From a virus, in IMG/VR virus record IMGVR_UViG_3300009610_000010, positions 1 through 61,760 of that record: a stretch of 61,760 nt of DNA; one strand, 5' to 3'. The notes beneath the pieces were generated by a model that saw only the letters and a list, made by a program, of their open reading frames with translations, did not search any database and was not told the DNA's origin. The position numbers and the translations under genes are program-made. Positions 35,158 through 43,394 of this stretch are shown piece by piece (position 1 is the stretch's first letter; the number at the start of each line of letters is the position of its first letter).

Positions 35158-37140
35158 TTACTCGTCCTCTGACTGCGCTGGGCCAGGGCCAAAGTGCCGC
35201 GCAAACCACTCGCCGAACGGGTGGCTCGCCACCACTTGCGTGGGGTCACGAATCTCCACCACCTCGGCGTAGCGCTTTTCGTCCTCGGGAAGCTGAAAGT
35301 CCAGGTCATCCACTTCACTCGGTGGCGGCGGGCGAATACCCGGTGGCAGGTCGGGGTCGCGCCGCTGGTCGCGCGCAAACTCGGCTGGGTCGTTGGCACC
35401 ATCCCACACGTCGGCATCGCTCAGGGCCTGCTCGGCGCTCAGCACCGGGATCTCGGTGCAGCGGCAGTTGCTACAGACAATGCCTTGTGCGACAATCCAC
35501 CCCAGCGGGGATTGGAGGTCGTAGACGTGACCAGAAAACTCGAACTGCCGCACCTCGGCGACTGGATCGAAGAATACCTGGCCGGCACCTCGCTCAAAAA
35601 GATTAGCCAGCAGCACGGCGTTTCCCGCCCCGTTCTTATTCGCCGGTTCAAAGCGTGTGGCGTCGAGATTCGCGGCCGGTCCGACGCGGAGGTACTGAAG
35701 TGGGCCGCCATGAAGCTGGACCGTGGTGCTGTCGAGCGCCAATGCAGCGGGGCCTGGGTTGGGCGCCGGGGCAGGGTCGATCCCATGGAGCGTCGCACCG
35801 CTCGTGCTGTAACCCGGTGCATGCGCCTGCTCAATGTTGGTAAGCATGAGGTCCAGGTGGCCACTGCCCTGCAATTGCTCGGCGAAAACGTGGCGAACCA
35901 ACACGCCATCGGTGCTTACAACGTCGATCTGGCCCTGTGCGAACCGCGCGTCGCCGTGGAGGTCATCAACCAAAACTTCTCGCGCGCGCAAATCTCCTGC
36001 AAACCGCAGCGCGTTGAATACATCCTCGATGCTGGCTGGCTGGTCGTGTTCGTAGTCCACGACGCCAAAACGCGCGACCTGCCGTTCGCTTACGGTCGAG
36101 TAGCAGGCCAGATTGTCGCCCTGGCGCAACTCGCACGCAGGGATAAAGCCGCGCTCGGTCAATACGGGGTGCTGCGGAGTGACGGTCAGCCGGCGCCCCG
36201 TCCGCGCGGTGGTTACCTCAAGCATCGGCCCTACATATTCGACTCGTAGGCCAGCCTCGACACGGCCCGACACCTGCACAAACCCCGGGAAGCAGTTGCA
36301 CACTTGCTTGGCACTGCCGGCGGGGTCCAGCGGGTGCATCAGCTGCTCGCCCCCCACGTCGAATGGCTCGTCAATCTCGCGGATCTGCCCGTGCGCCTCG
36401 AAGTGGTCCTCGCGTTCCCTCCCGTCTAAAGTTGTTAGCCAGCGCTTGAACGGCACGCCAGTGACGTAGTAGGTCAGCCACTGGCCCTCCTCCACCACGG
36501 CGCCGGTTTCGGTGCGGGCGATCAACTCGGCCCGGCTTTGGCTCAGCCAGTCGAACTCCTCGGTCAGCGACTTGGCGACCTCGAACGGCCCCCGGCCCTG
36601 GAAGTAAAACTCCTCGGCGATGACCGTCTTCAGCCGCTCAAACACGTCGGCCGCCACGTTGCCGCTGAGCTGGTTGGCCCGTTCGAGCAAGGCATCGGCC
36701 ACTGCGGGGCTGCGCAGGTTGAACGAGCCACGCACGCCCAGAGCACGGCGCGCCGCGGTGCCCCCGACCTCGAACAGCTCGGGGTAGGCTTCGGCCAGGG
36801 TGCCCTCCAGCTCCAGCCGAAACGCGTCCTCCAGGTCGTCGGTCAGGTTGGCCACCAGGCGAAAGTCGTCGAAGTCGAACACTTCCTCCAGCTCACGGCT
36901 GCGCGTCGGGCCCAGCGGGCCACCTCCACGGCCCACGGCCTGCTTGGTGGCCAGCCGGTGGGTGGCGTCGGTGTGCAGCCGGCTGAGCACCCCACCGCGG
37001 GCCAGCTCGCGCACCACGCGTCGGCCGATCGTGTCGAAGTCGGCGGTCAGCTGGGCGCGCAGCTTCTTAGCGCGGGGGGCCAGGTTCATGGGGCGGCGCA
37101 GCACGGGGCCGCGCTTCCAGTCGAGGGCGGGGGCGGTCAA
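35158..37140 (-). CDS. MuF / SPP1 gp7-type minor head protein interrupted by an intein
   Basis: ELIARTETGAV...WLTTLDGREREDHFEAHGQ...LMHP...VCN|intein|CRCTEIP is the canonical Mu F motif ending in NCRC. Start is TTG 37140 (TTGA overlap) or ATG 37089. Confidence 0.8.
   Translation of the reverse strand: MTAPALDWKRGPVLRRPMNLAPRAKKLRAQLTADFDTIGRRVVRELARGGVLSRLHTDATHRLATKQAVGRGGGPLGPTRSRELEEVFDFDDFRLVANLTDDLEDAFRLELEGTLAEAYPELFEVGGTAARRALGVRGSFNLRSPAVADALLERANQLSGNVAADVFERLKTVIAEEFYFQGRGPFEVAKSLTEEFDWLSQSRAELIARTETGAVVEEGQWLTYYVTGVPFKRWLTTLDGREREDHFEAHGQIREIDEPFDVGGEQLMHPLDPAGSAKQVCNCFPGFVQVSGRVEAGLRVEYVGPMLEVTTARTGRRLTVTPQHPVLTERGFIPACELRQGDNLACYSTVSERQVARFGVVDYEHDQPASIEDVFNALRFAGDLRAREVLVDDLHGDARFAQGQIDVVSTDGVLVRHVFAEQLQGSGHLDLMLTNIEQAHAPGYSTSGATLHGIDPAPAPNPGPAALALDSTTVQLHGGPLQYLRVGPAANLDATRFEPANKNGAGNAVLLANLFERGAGQVFFDPVAEVRQFEFSGHVYDLQSPLGWIVAQGIVCSNCRCTEIPVLSAEQALSDADVWDGANDPAEFARDQRRDPDLPPGIRPPPPSEVDDLDFQLPEDEKRYAEVVEIRDPTQVVASHPFGEWFARHFGPGPAQSEDE
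35467..36294 (-). mobile_element. Intein (276 codons) in the MuF NCRC motif
   Basis: Cys1 (CFPGFVQV), block B LTVTPQHP, block F/G GHVYDLQSPLGWIVAQGIVCSN, +1 Cys. In frame with both exteins. Confidence 0.75.
35527..36249 (+). CDS. Putative homing endonuclease (HTH + Vsr/DUF559-like PD-(D/E)xK core) encoded antisense inside the intein
   Basis: GGAGG 8 nt upstream of GTG 35527. HTH: LAGTSLKKISQQHGVSRPVLIRRFKACGVEIRGRS. Nuclease-like: EVQVATALQLLGENVANQHAIGAYNVDLALCEPRVAVEV...RVEYILDAGWLVVFV. Confidence 0.55.
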   Translation: MTRKLELPHLGDWIEEYLAGTSLKKISQQHGVSRPVLIRRFKACGVEIRGRSDAEVLKWAAMKLDRGAVERQCSGAWVGRRGRVDPMERRTARAVTRCMRLLNVGKHEVQVATALQLLGENVANQHAIGAYNVDLALCEPRVAVEVINQNFSRAQISCKPQRVEYILDAGWLVVFVVHDAKTRDLPFAYGRVAGQIVALAQLARRDKAALGQYGVLRSDGQPAPRPRGGYLKHRPYIFDS

Positions 37141-37670
37141 TTGCTGCCCGGCTCCTCGCGGGCGGTGTTGGCCGTGGCCAGGTACTCGACCTCCACGGGG
37201 TTGCCATCGGCGTCGCGCACGATGCGCACCAGGCCGCGGGCCTCCCAGTCCTGCCGCACTCGGCGGTAGCCCTCGCGCCGCAGGGGGCCCGGGTGCACGC
37301 GCTGGTGCGGGTGCACCTGCACCACCTCATCCCCGGGACTAAACCCGGTGCCCCGGTCAATCTTGCAGTCGATCACGGCGCTGACCTTGGCCCGGCGGTT
37401 GCGCGGGTAAAACGGCGGCTCGGCCATGAGCATCCAGCCGCAGCCGCGGTACTCGCCCACAAAGGGGGCCTCATCGGCCATGCACATCACGATCTTGTAC
37501 TCGCGGGGGCACGCACTGGCGTAGCCACACCGCGGGCATACCACGTCCATCAGCTGGCGGCGGCGCTCCTCGGCGGCCACCTGCTCGCGCACCCTAGGGG
37601 GGGCCCACAACTGGGCCGCTGGGCTGTAGTCGAGCCGGCGCCGCAGCCGGGGGTCAGGCCGCAGGTCCAC
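37137..37670 (-). CDS. Hypothetical protein with a zinc-ribbon motif (177 aa)
   Basis: GTG start overlapping the portal end; CPRCG...C...C. Confidence 0.5.
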   Translation of the reverse strand: MDLRPDPRLRRRLDYSPAAQLWAPPRVREQVAAEERRRQLMDVVCPRCGYASACPREYKIVMCMADEAPFVGEYRGCGWMLMAEPPFYPRNRRAKVSAVIDCKIDRGTGFSPGDEVVQVHPHQRVHPGPLRREGYRRVRQDWEARGLVRIVRDADGNPVEVEYLATANTAREEPGSN

Positions 37671-39552
37671 CGTTGGCTCCTACCGGTGGGGCCAGGCGGC
37701 GCCGATCGCTGCGCATGCGCTCGCTGATGGTGCCCACCCCGGCGCGCAGCTGCCCCAGCTGGTCGGCCGTGGTGCTGCGCTCGCGCGTGGCAGCGGCCCG
37801 GCCGGCGGCCTCGGTCAGGCTGCCCAACAGGCGCCGGGCCCCGGGGCTGCCAGCGGTGGCAGCCACGCCCACGCCCTGCTCGCTGCCATCGTCACCACCG
37901 GCCATGAGCACGGCGGCCTTGAGGTCCACCAGCTTGGTGGGCATGCTGGCCCACGGGTCGGGGTCGGGCGGGAAATCCTGGTTCTTGACGATGCGGCTGG
38001 CCGCTGCCCGTATGTCGTTGATGCTCAGGGCGCCGGTGCTGGCCAGCACGCTCACGATCTGCGCGTCGCGCAGCTCGTCCACGGTGTCGTACTCGTTGTA
38101 CTGGAACCGCACCATGGGCAGCAGGCGCAGGTCGAGGATGATGTTCCAAAAGGCTTCGAGCATTTCCTGCCGCGGCTCGATCTGGCTGCGCTTGTACGTC
38201 TCGTCCTGGGTTTCGCCGCTGCCCGTGCCCAGACTCGCCGTCTCGATGATGCCCAGCTTGCTGGGCAGCATGCGATAGACGTGGATGATGTTGTCGCGGT
38301 TGGTTTGCTGGTAGTCCGCCCACTCCTGGTCCTTGGGCTCACCGCCCAGCTTTTCGAAGACGATTTCCACCTGCTCGATCGGCACCTTCAGCGTCATGGT
38401 GCGCTGGTCGTCGCCCTCGATCATGTACCGCATGTGGTCCTCGATGGTGTGCTGGATGCCATCGAGGATGCTCTTGCTGTCGGGGTTGGCAAAGGCCGCC
38501 GTGGGGGCCTTGATGAACACCACGTAATCGGGCACCCCGCGGTTGATGAAGAACCGGATGTTGCGGTTCGAGGCCAGGATGTTGCCCACCAGGCTGTTGA
38601 GCGCGGCCACGATGGGCGGGATGCCGTAGTAGCGCTCGGCCGGGTGGTAGTGCTTGAAGTCCACCAGCTCGCGCTTCAGGTCGCCAAAGCGCTGGCCCTT
38701 TTGCAGCTGCGCCCCGTGGGGCAGCCCGGCTGCCACGGCGATGGCCTCCTCCCGGCTGATGTAGGCCCACGGCGTGTCGGTGTCGATGCGCCCCTGGGCC
38801 AGGGCCGAGGGATCGAGCGGGGCGACCTCGGCCCCGAAACGGCGGAAGAAGGCCGCGGGGCGCCCCAGCTCGTCCAACTGGGCAAACGTGGTGCCGTCGA
38901 AGCCCCGGCGCACCAGCCGTGCCAGCACGTGTATGAGCTGCGTGGGCAGGTCCGCGTCGTCGCGCACGATCTCGATGTGCGCCTGCCCCGTGCTGTCGTA
39001 GTCCTTGATCAGCAGCTGGCTGAACGTGCTCACGGGGATGTGCTGGTCGTCAAAGTCACGGGTCATGCTGTCGAGCAGGCGCTCGGCCTCGGCGCGCTGG
39101 GCGTCGGCGGCGGTGTCCTCCAGGGCGGTGGGGGCAATGTCGGTGCCCTCGGGGGCGCCCTCCTCGGTGTCCACCAGGCGCCACCCACTGGCCGCATCGA
39201 GGGCGAACTGATCGACCACGGCGAAGTAGGTGTGCGACTCGAACAGCAGCCCAGCCAGGGTGTCGAGGTCAAACGGGGGCTCGGCGTACAGCCCCATGAT
39301 GGCGGCGACTTCGCCGGGCGGCTCGGGCCGGCTCACGCGGCCGGGTGCGGGGTCGCCATCGGCCTTGGCCTGCTGCTGGCCGCGGTGGCGGTCGCGTACG
39401 GTGCCGGGGGTGCGCAGCCCGAGCAGGGGATAGTTGGTGGGCAACTCGTGGTAGCGCTCGGCGGTGGTGCTCTCGCGGATGACCACGCTGTGGGCCTCGG
39501 GCGGCTGCAGGGCGGGCGGGGCGGGCAGGGGCGGGGCGCCGCGGGTGATCAT
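37654..39552 (-). CDS. Portal protein
   Basis: ~630 aa. YYGIPPIVAALNSLVGNILASNRNIRFFINRGVPDYVVFI core motif. Start ATG 39552 after GGGGGAAA. Confidence 0.8.
   Translation of the reverse strand: MITRGAPPLPAPPALQPPEAHSVVIRESTTAERYHELPTNYPLLGLRTPGTVRDRHRGQQQAKADGDPAPGRVSRPEPPGEVAAIMGLYAEPPFDLDTLAGLLFESHTYFAVVDQFALDAASGWRLVDTEEGAPEGTDIAPTALEDTAADAQRAEAERLLDSMTRDFDDQHIPVSTFSQLLIKDYDSTGQAHIEIVRDDADLPTQLIHVLARLVRRGFDGTTFAQLDELGRPAAFFRRFGAEVAPLDPSALAQGRIDTDTPWAYISREEAIAVAAGLPHGAQLQKGQRFGDLKRELVDFKHYHPAERYYGIPPIVAALNSLVGNILASNRNIRFFINRGVPDYVVFIKAPTAAFANPDSKSILDGIQHTIEDHMRYMIEGDDQRTMTLKVPIEQVEIVFEKLGGEPKDQEWADYQQTNRDNIIHVYRMLPSKLGIIETASLGTGSGETQDETYKRSQIEPRQEMLEAFWNIILDLRLLPMVRFQYNEYDTVDELRDAQIVSVLASTGALSINDIRAAASRIVKNQDFPPDPDPWASMPTKLVDLKAAVLMAGGDDGSEQGVGVAATAGSPGARRLLGSLTEAAGRAAATRERSTTADQLGQLRAGVGTISERMRSDRRRLAPPVGANGGPAA
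37802..37867 (-). repeat. 66-bp perfect inverted repeat, copy B (partner 91..156), inside the portal C-terminal region
   Basis: Exact reverse complement of 91..156. Encodes the same 22 aa in the portal frame. Confidence 0.95.
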
Positions 39553-39794
39553 GGTTTCATTTCCCCCAGGCGGCGGCACCGGCCTGGCGGGGGCCCGGCA
39601 TCGACGCAAAACGCTTCGACCATGGCCCGTTGGCGCCACTCGGCGGCCACGTCCAGCACGTCACGCCGCAGGCGCGCGTCGCTCACCCGGGGCACGGCCG
39701 GCCTGCTCGGGCGCCCGTAGCCGTAAACGGCACGGTAGGCACGCATCAGCGCTGCCAGGCGCTTGTACGGGTTGGCCTCGGGCTCGTCACTCAT
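39549..39794 (-). CDS. Hypothetical protein (81 aa)
   Basis: ATGA overlaps at both ends. Confidence 0.5.
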   Translation of the reverse strand: MSDEPEANPYKRLAALMRAYRAVYGYGRPSRPAVPRVSDARLRRDVLDVAAEWRQRAMVEAFCVDAGPPPGRCRRLGEMKP

Positions 39795-40075
39795 TCGTGG
39801 CTGTCCCAACAGGGCGGGGCCCCCGGGCCAACGTGAACCAAAATCGTCACCAGGTCCAGCGGATTGGTGGGCGTGCCCAGGTGGTCGCGATCCAAGACGC
39901 GCACGTGCACGGCCGCGGTGCCACCCCAAATAGGGGTGAAGCCGTCGGGCACTTGGTCGAAGCCGGGCCGCGCGGTGGCCACCATCACCTCAAAGGCGCG
40001 GCCCAGGCGCATCAGGCCAGCACCCGCCGCACCAGCGGGCCCCGCCCCGGTGGCAGGGGTTGTGGCCCCCCTCAC
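39791..40075 (-). CDS. Hypothetical protein (94 aa)
   Basis: GTGA overlap start. Confidence 0.45.
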   Translation of the reverse strand: MRGATTPATGAGPAGAAGAGLMRLGRAFEVMVATARPGFDQVPDGFTPIWGGTAAVHVRVLDRDHLGTPTNPLDLVTILVHVGPGAPPCWDSHE

Positions 40076-40551
40076 CGTGGGGCCACGGGGTCGGGCCGGC
40101 GCTCGCCCGGGGTGGGTGTCGTGCCGGCATAGGTGTAGGGCTCGGGCCCGGGGGCCATGGGCACCTTTGCCAGCCCCTGCTGCTCGTTCATGCGGGCCAG
40201 GGCAGCGGTGATCGCGGCGAGCTGCGATTCGAGCGTGGCCATCTTGGCGTCGGCCGGCGCCATCGCCCCGGTGCCGTAGTTGCTGGTTTGGGGCAGCAGC
40301 TCGGTGCGCTGCGTGGGCGCAGCCCCGGTGGGCAGGCGGGCCTCGGCTGCATCGGCGTAGGCCAGCATCTCGCGCCCCAGGCTGCGGATGGTGCGCACCT
40401 CGTCGGGGCCCGAGTCGGCCGCCGCAGGCATGAGCACCACGGCGGGGGGGGTGTCGGAAAAGCGCAGCACCAGGCCCAGGGCCCGCAGCGCGGCGTGCTG
40501 CCGATGGTACTCCATGGCCTGGTCCTCAAGCGACAACTGATCGGGATTCAT
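40072..40551 (-). CDS. Hypothetical protein (159 aa)
   Basis: ATG start; overlaps the upstream gene end by 26 nt. Confidence 0.5.
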   Translation of the reverse strand: MNPDQLSLEDQAMEYHRQHAALRALGLVLRFSDTPPAVVLMPAAADSGPDEVRTIRSLGREMLAYADAAEARLPTGAAPTQRTELLPQTSNYGTGAMAPADAKMATLESQLAAITAALARMNEQQGLAKVPMAPGPEPYTYAGTTPTPGERRPDPVAPR

Positions 40552-41335
40552 GGCTCTCCTTTCGTTTGCGCGTGTCGCGCAGGCGCAGGTCGTATGCTAC
40601 GGACTTCTTGCTGGTCACTACCCGGCACAGCCCGGGGTACATGCGGGCCATTTCCAGGCACCGGTCCCGGATGGCTTCCGGGGTGCGCGTTTCCTGTAGT
40701 CCACCAGGCTCCTTCCAGTAGGCCGTTTTGGCGGTGATCCAGTTGACTCGCACCAAGGCACCATCCGCAAGGTAGCACTGGATGCTGCGCTCGAAGTCGT
40801 CCTTTGGGTCGCCCGCCTCTAGACCCGTGAGTTGGCGTGCCGGGTCGGTGCCCCAGTTAATGCAGCCGTAGAAGCACCCAACGATGTAGCACAAGCCGAA
40901 TGTGATCGTTGGTGACATATAGAAGGGATTGGCAGCGGCGTACCCACCCCATAGCTTCGCCCTTGTGCGGTGACAGGCCAGGAAGGCCGAAGCCACCAGG
41001 TCCTGCCAGGTCGTGGCGTCGATGCTTTCCAGCTTTCCGGCCCGCACGATGCGAATGTCCTCCACGTCATCATCGAACGACATGAGCTGCACGCCGGGCG
41101 GGTACGCTGCATGCAGAGCATTCCGGTTGCGGGCACAGCCCAGCGCCCCCGCACGCACCTCGACTTCGCCGTAGCCAGCGGCGTCCAGTGACGAGCGGTA
41201 GCCAGCGACCTCATCGGGTGCCGTGAAGACACTAATGGTTGAGCGGGCTGCGCCCAGCCGGTCGAGCAAGGGAAGCGTTTTCCGGGTGACCGTTTCGGCG
41301 CGCTTGTGGCTCGGAATGGCCACGGGCGGATGCAA
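40526..41335 (-). CDS. GT-A fold glycosyltransferase adjacent to the TET/JBP gene (candidate DNA-base glycosyltransferase)
   Basis: N-terminal VAIPSHKR beta1 motif and SFDDDVED (DxD). Immediately downstream of the dioxygenase. TTG/GTG start is ambiguous. Confidence 0.55.
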   Translation of the reverse strand: MHPPVAIPSHKRAETVTRKTLPLLDRLGAARSTISVFTAPDEVAGYRSSLDAAGYGEVEVRAGALGCARNRNALHAAYPPGVQLMSFDDDVEDIRIVRAGKLESIDATTWQDLVASAFLACHRTRAKLWGGYAAANPFYMSPTITFGLCYIVGCFYGCINWGTDPARQLTGLEAGDPKDDFERSIQCYLADGALVRVNWITAKTAYWKEPGGLQETRTPEAIRDRCLEMARMYPGLCRVVTSKKSVAYDLRLRDTRKRKESHESRSVVA

Positions 41336-41337
41336 TG

Positions 41338-42306
41338 CTACTCGCCCCGGCCAAAGTCGGCCTGCTTGGCCACGGCAGCACCACGCTGCCGCTCCTCAGC
41401 CGGCGTACCGCACTCGGCCATCTTCGTGCGGTAGTAGAGCACCAGCGTCATGCGCTCGAAGCGCTTGTGGAGGCCATCGTATGGGCTGGTACCGTGCCAC
41501 TCGTGCGGGTCGAAGAACAGGGCGTCACCCGTGTTGAGTTCGATGGCCAGGCGGTACTTGGGTAGCACCAGGTGGCCACCGGTGAACTGCCCGGATCGGA
41601 TCATCACCAGGTTCGAGAACCCCGGCTTGTAGTCACCGTCGTCCTGATGGGTGCCGCACTGAAAGTTACGATTCACGGTGATGGTGGAGAAGCACGTGCC
41701 GCCCACCAGCCACTGCGGGCAGGTCCGGTTGGCGATCTCCCGCTGTGCTGCCCAGCGATCAGGCACGGCATAGGCCATCAGCTGCTCGACTTCCCTTGCC
41801 AGGGGCACGACCGACTTTAAGCACTCCTGATTAACACCATTTGCCGAGGCGGCACGGCAGTATGGCCGGCGATCATCGCGGTCAAGGCAGCCAACCACAT
41901 CAGATGAGCCAAGGCGAAGATGGCGTGAAACGTGATTTGGGATTCTATTTGTTTTGCTGCGCACGACGGTGCCGTTGCGGTTAACTGCCGGGTAGCCCTT
42001 TAGTGTTCGCCCATTGCCATCACGCCCAGCCGCGCTACCACGGTTTAGTGGTGCATGGGATAGGCCACGCAGCCCACTCCAGGCCATGCCCAACGCACCG
42101 GCTGAGAGCGCGCCGCGCAGCACCACGAACAGCGTGCTGCCGTCGATCCGCAGCCCCCGGATCGAATCGCCATCCATGCCCAACACCTCGTCGTACCAAC
42201 TGGGCTCGGGCCGGAAGCCGCGCAGCGCTTTGGCTTCCTTTTCATCCAAGGCGGCGGTCACGCCCATTTCACGCACCCGCCCGGGGGCAAAGCTGGGGGC
42301 CAGCAT
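41338..42306 (-). CDS. TET/JBP-family 2OG-Fe(II) dioxygenase
   Basis: HxD in CGTHQDDGD; LVLPKY; EWHGTSP followed 10 aa later by RMTLVLYYR. This parallels the ELHATTP...RISLVFYQH arrangement of TET enzymes as I remember it. Confidence 0.7.
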   Translation of the reverse strand: MLAPSFAPGRVREMGVTAALDEKEAKALRGFRPEPSWYDEVLGMDGDSIRGLRIDGSTLFVVLRGALSAGALGMAWSGLRGLSHAPLNRGSAAGRDGNGRTLKGYPAVNRNGTVVRSKTNRIPNHVSRHLRLGSSDVVGCLDRDDRRPYCRAASANGVNQECLKSVVPLAREVEQLMAYAVPDRWAAQREIANRTCPQWLVGGTCFSTITVNRNFQCGTHQDDGDYKPGFSNLVMIRSGQFTGGHLVLPKYRLAIELNTGDALFFDPHEWHGTSPYDGLHKRFERMTLVLYYRTKMAECGTPAEERQRGAAVAKQADFGRGE

Positions 42307-42308
42307 TG

Positions 42309-43097
42309 CTATGGGCTCCGTGGATCGTCTGGCATGCCATCGGCCGCGAAGCCCAGCGCGGCCAGCACAATGTCAGTGGGGTTTTCGAGGCCAGCAGCGT
42401 TACCAACCTGTCGCATCAGCCCTTTGAACTCGGCCAGCTGGTTGTCATCCATGATCAAACGCACGCTGCGCACGTTGCTGTCCACCGGGGGCTCAAAGTC
42501 CCCCGCCCCCTGCTCCACTCCGTAGTCGCGCGCCGCCCCGGGAACAAACTCCAGCACCTTGCCAGGGTAGAAGATGTCCTCGAAGCGCAGCGCTGCAAAC
42601 AGCGTCTCGGGCATGCTGTCGCGCGCTGCCATCAGAAGCTCGGTCGTGCGCTCGTTGAACGTGCCCATCAGGGCGTCGTTGTTCAGGGTCAGGTTCAGGG
42701 CCTTTTCCCGGCCCTCGTCCATGTCCACCACCGTCACCACGCACAGCTCGGTGCCGGCGGCCTGCATGGCCTTGAGCCGCTGGTGGCCACCCACCACCCG
42801 CTGGGTGCGGCGGTTCCATACGATCGGCTCCACCAGGCCAAACTCCTGCAGGCTGCGGCGCAGCCCGGCCAGGGCCTCGGGCGTGATGGTGCGCGGGTTG
42901 TACTCGCTGGGGCGCAGGTCGGCCACCCGGCGCACTTCGAGCCGCATGCCCGCGAGGTCCACCGCGCTGGGGCCCTGGGGCTCGGTCAGTACTTGGGCGG
43001 CGACTTCTTCGGGCCCTTGGGCTTGGGGGGCTTCTTGGGGGCTGGCTTTTTCTTGGGCGTGGCCATGGATCGGTCCTCCTCCTGTAATGGGGCTCAT
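42309..43097 (-). CDS. ParB/Srx-like N-terminal domain protein
   Basis: LRPSEYNPR...GLVEPIVWN...VVGGHQRLKA motifs. ATGA overlap start. Confidence 0.6.
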   Translation of the reverse strand: MSPITGGGPIHGHAQEKASPQEAPQAQGPEEVAAQVLTEPQGPSAVDLAGMRLEVRRVADLRPSEYNPRTITPEALAGLRRSLQEFGLVEPIVWNRRTQRVVGGHQRLKAMQAAGTELCVVTVVDMDEGREKALNLTLNNDALMGTFNERTTELLMAARDSMPETLFAALRFEDIFYPGKVLEFVPGAARDYGVEQGAGDFEPPVDSNVRSVRLIMDDNQLAEFKGLMRQVGNAAGLENPTDIVLAALGFAADGMPDDPRSP

Positions 43098-43345
43098 GGG
43101 CGCAGCTCCTGCACGGTTTGCTCGGCCCAAAACTCGCCATGTGCGCACCGCACACACGGCGTGCCCAGCGGCTGCCCGTGCTCGCACTTGAGCGGCAGCG
43201 TGGGGGGCACGGTCAGCGAGCCGCCGTCGGCATCGGCCACGGCAGCCGAGTTGTAGCTGGCCACAAACCGCTCGTGCAGCAGTTGCAGCACACGTGCCCG
43301 GGCGGAAGGCGGCAGTGGCTGCAACAGCTTCAGCATGCGATTCAT
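43094..43345 (-). CDS. Hypothetical protein (83 aa)
   Basis: ATG 43345; C..H...C..C pattern near the C-terminus. Confidence 0.4.
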   Translation of the reverse strand: MNRMLKLLQPLPPSARARVLQLLHERFVASYNSAAVADADGGSLTVPPTLPLKCEHGQPLGTPCVRCAHGEFWAEQTVQELRP

Positions 43346-43394
43346 GGCCAGCACCTCGGCATCGAACTTTGGGCTCACCGTGGCTTTTTCTCCG

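Noticed and set aside
37802-37867. The 66-bp repeat pair considered as a diversity-generating retroelement TR/VR pair.
   Set aside because: No reverse transcriptase is recognisable in any frame. The copies are identical rather than differing at adenines. They are also inverted relative to each other.
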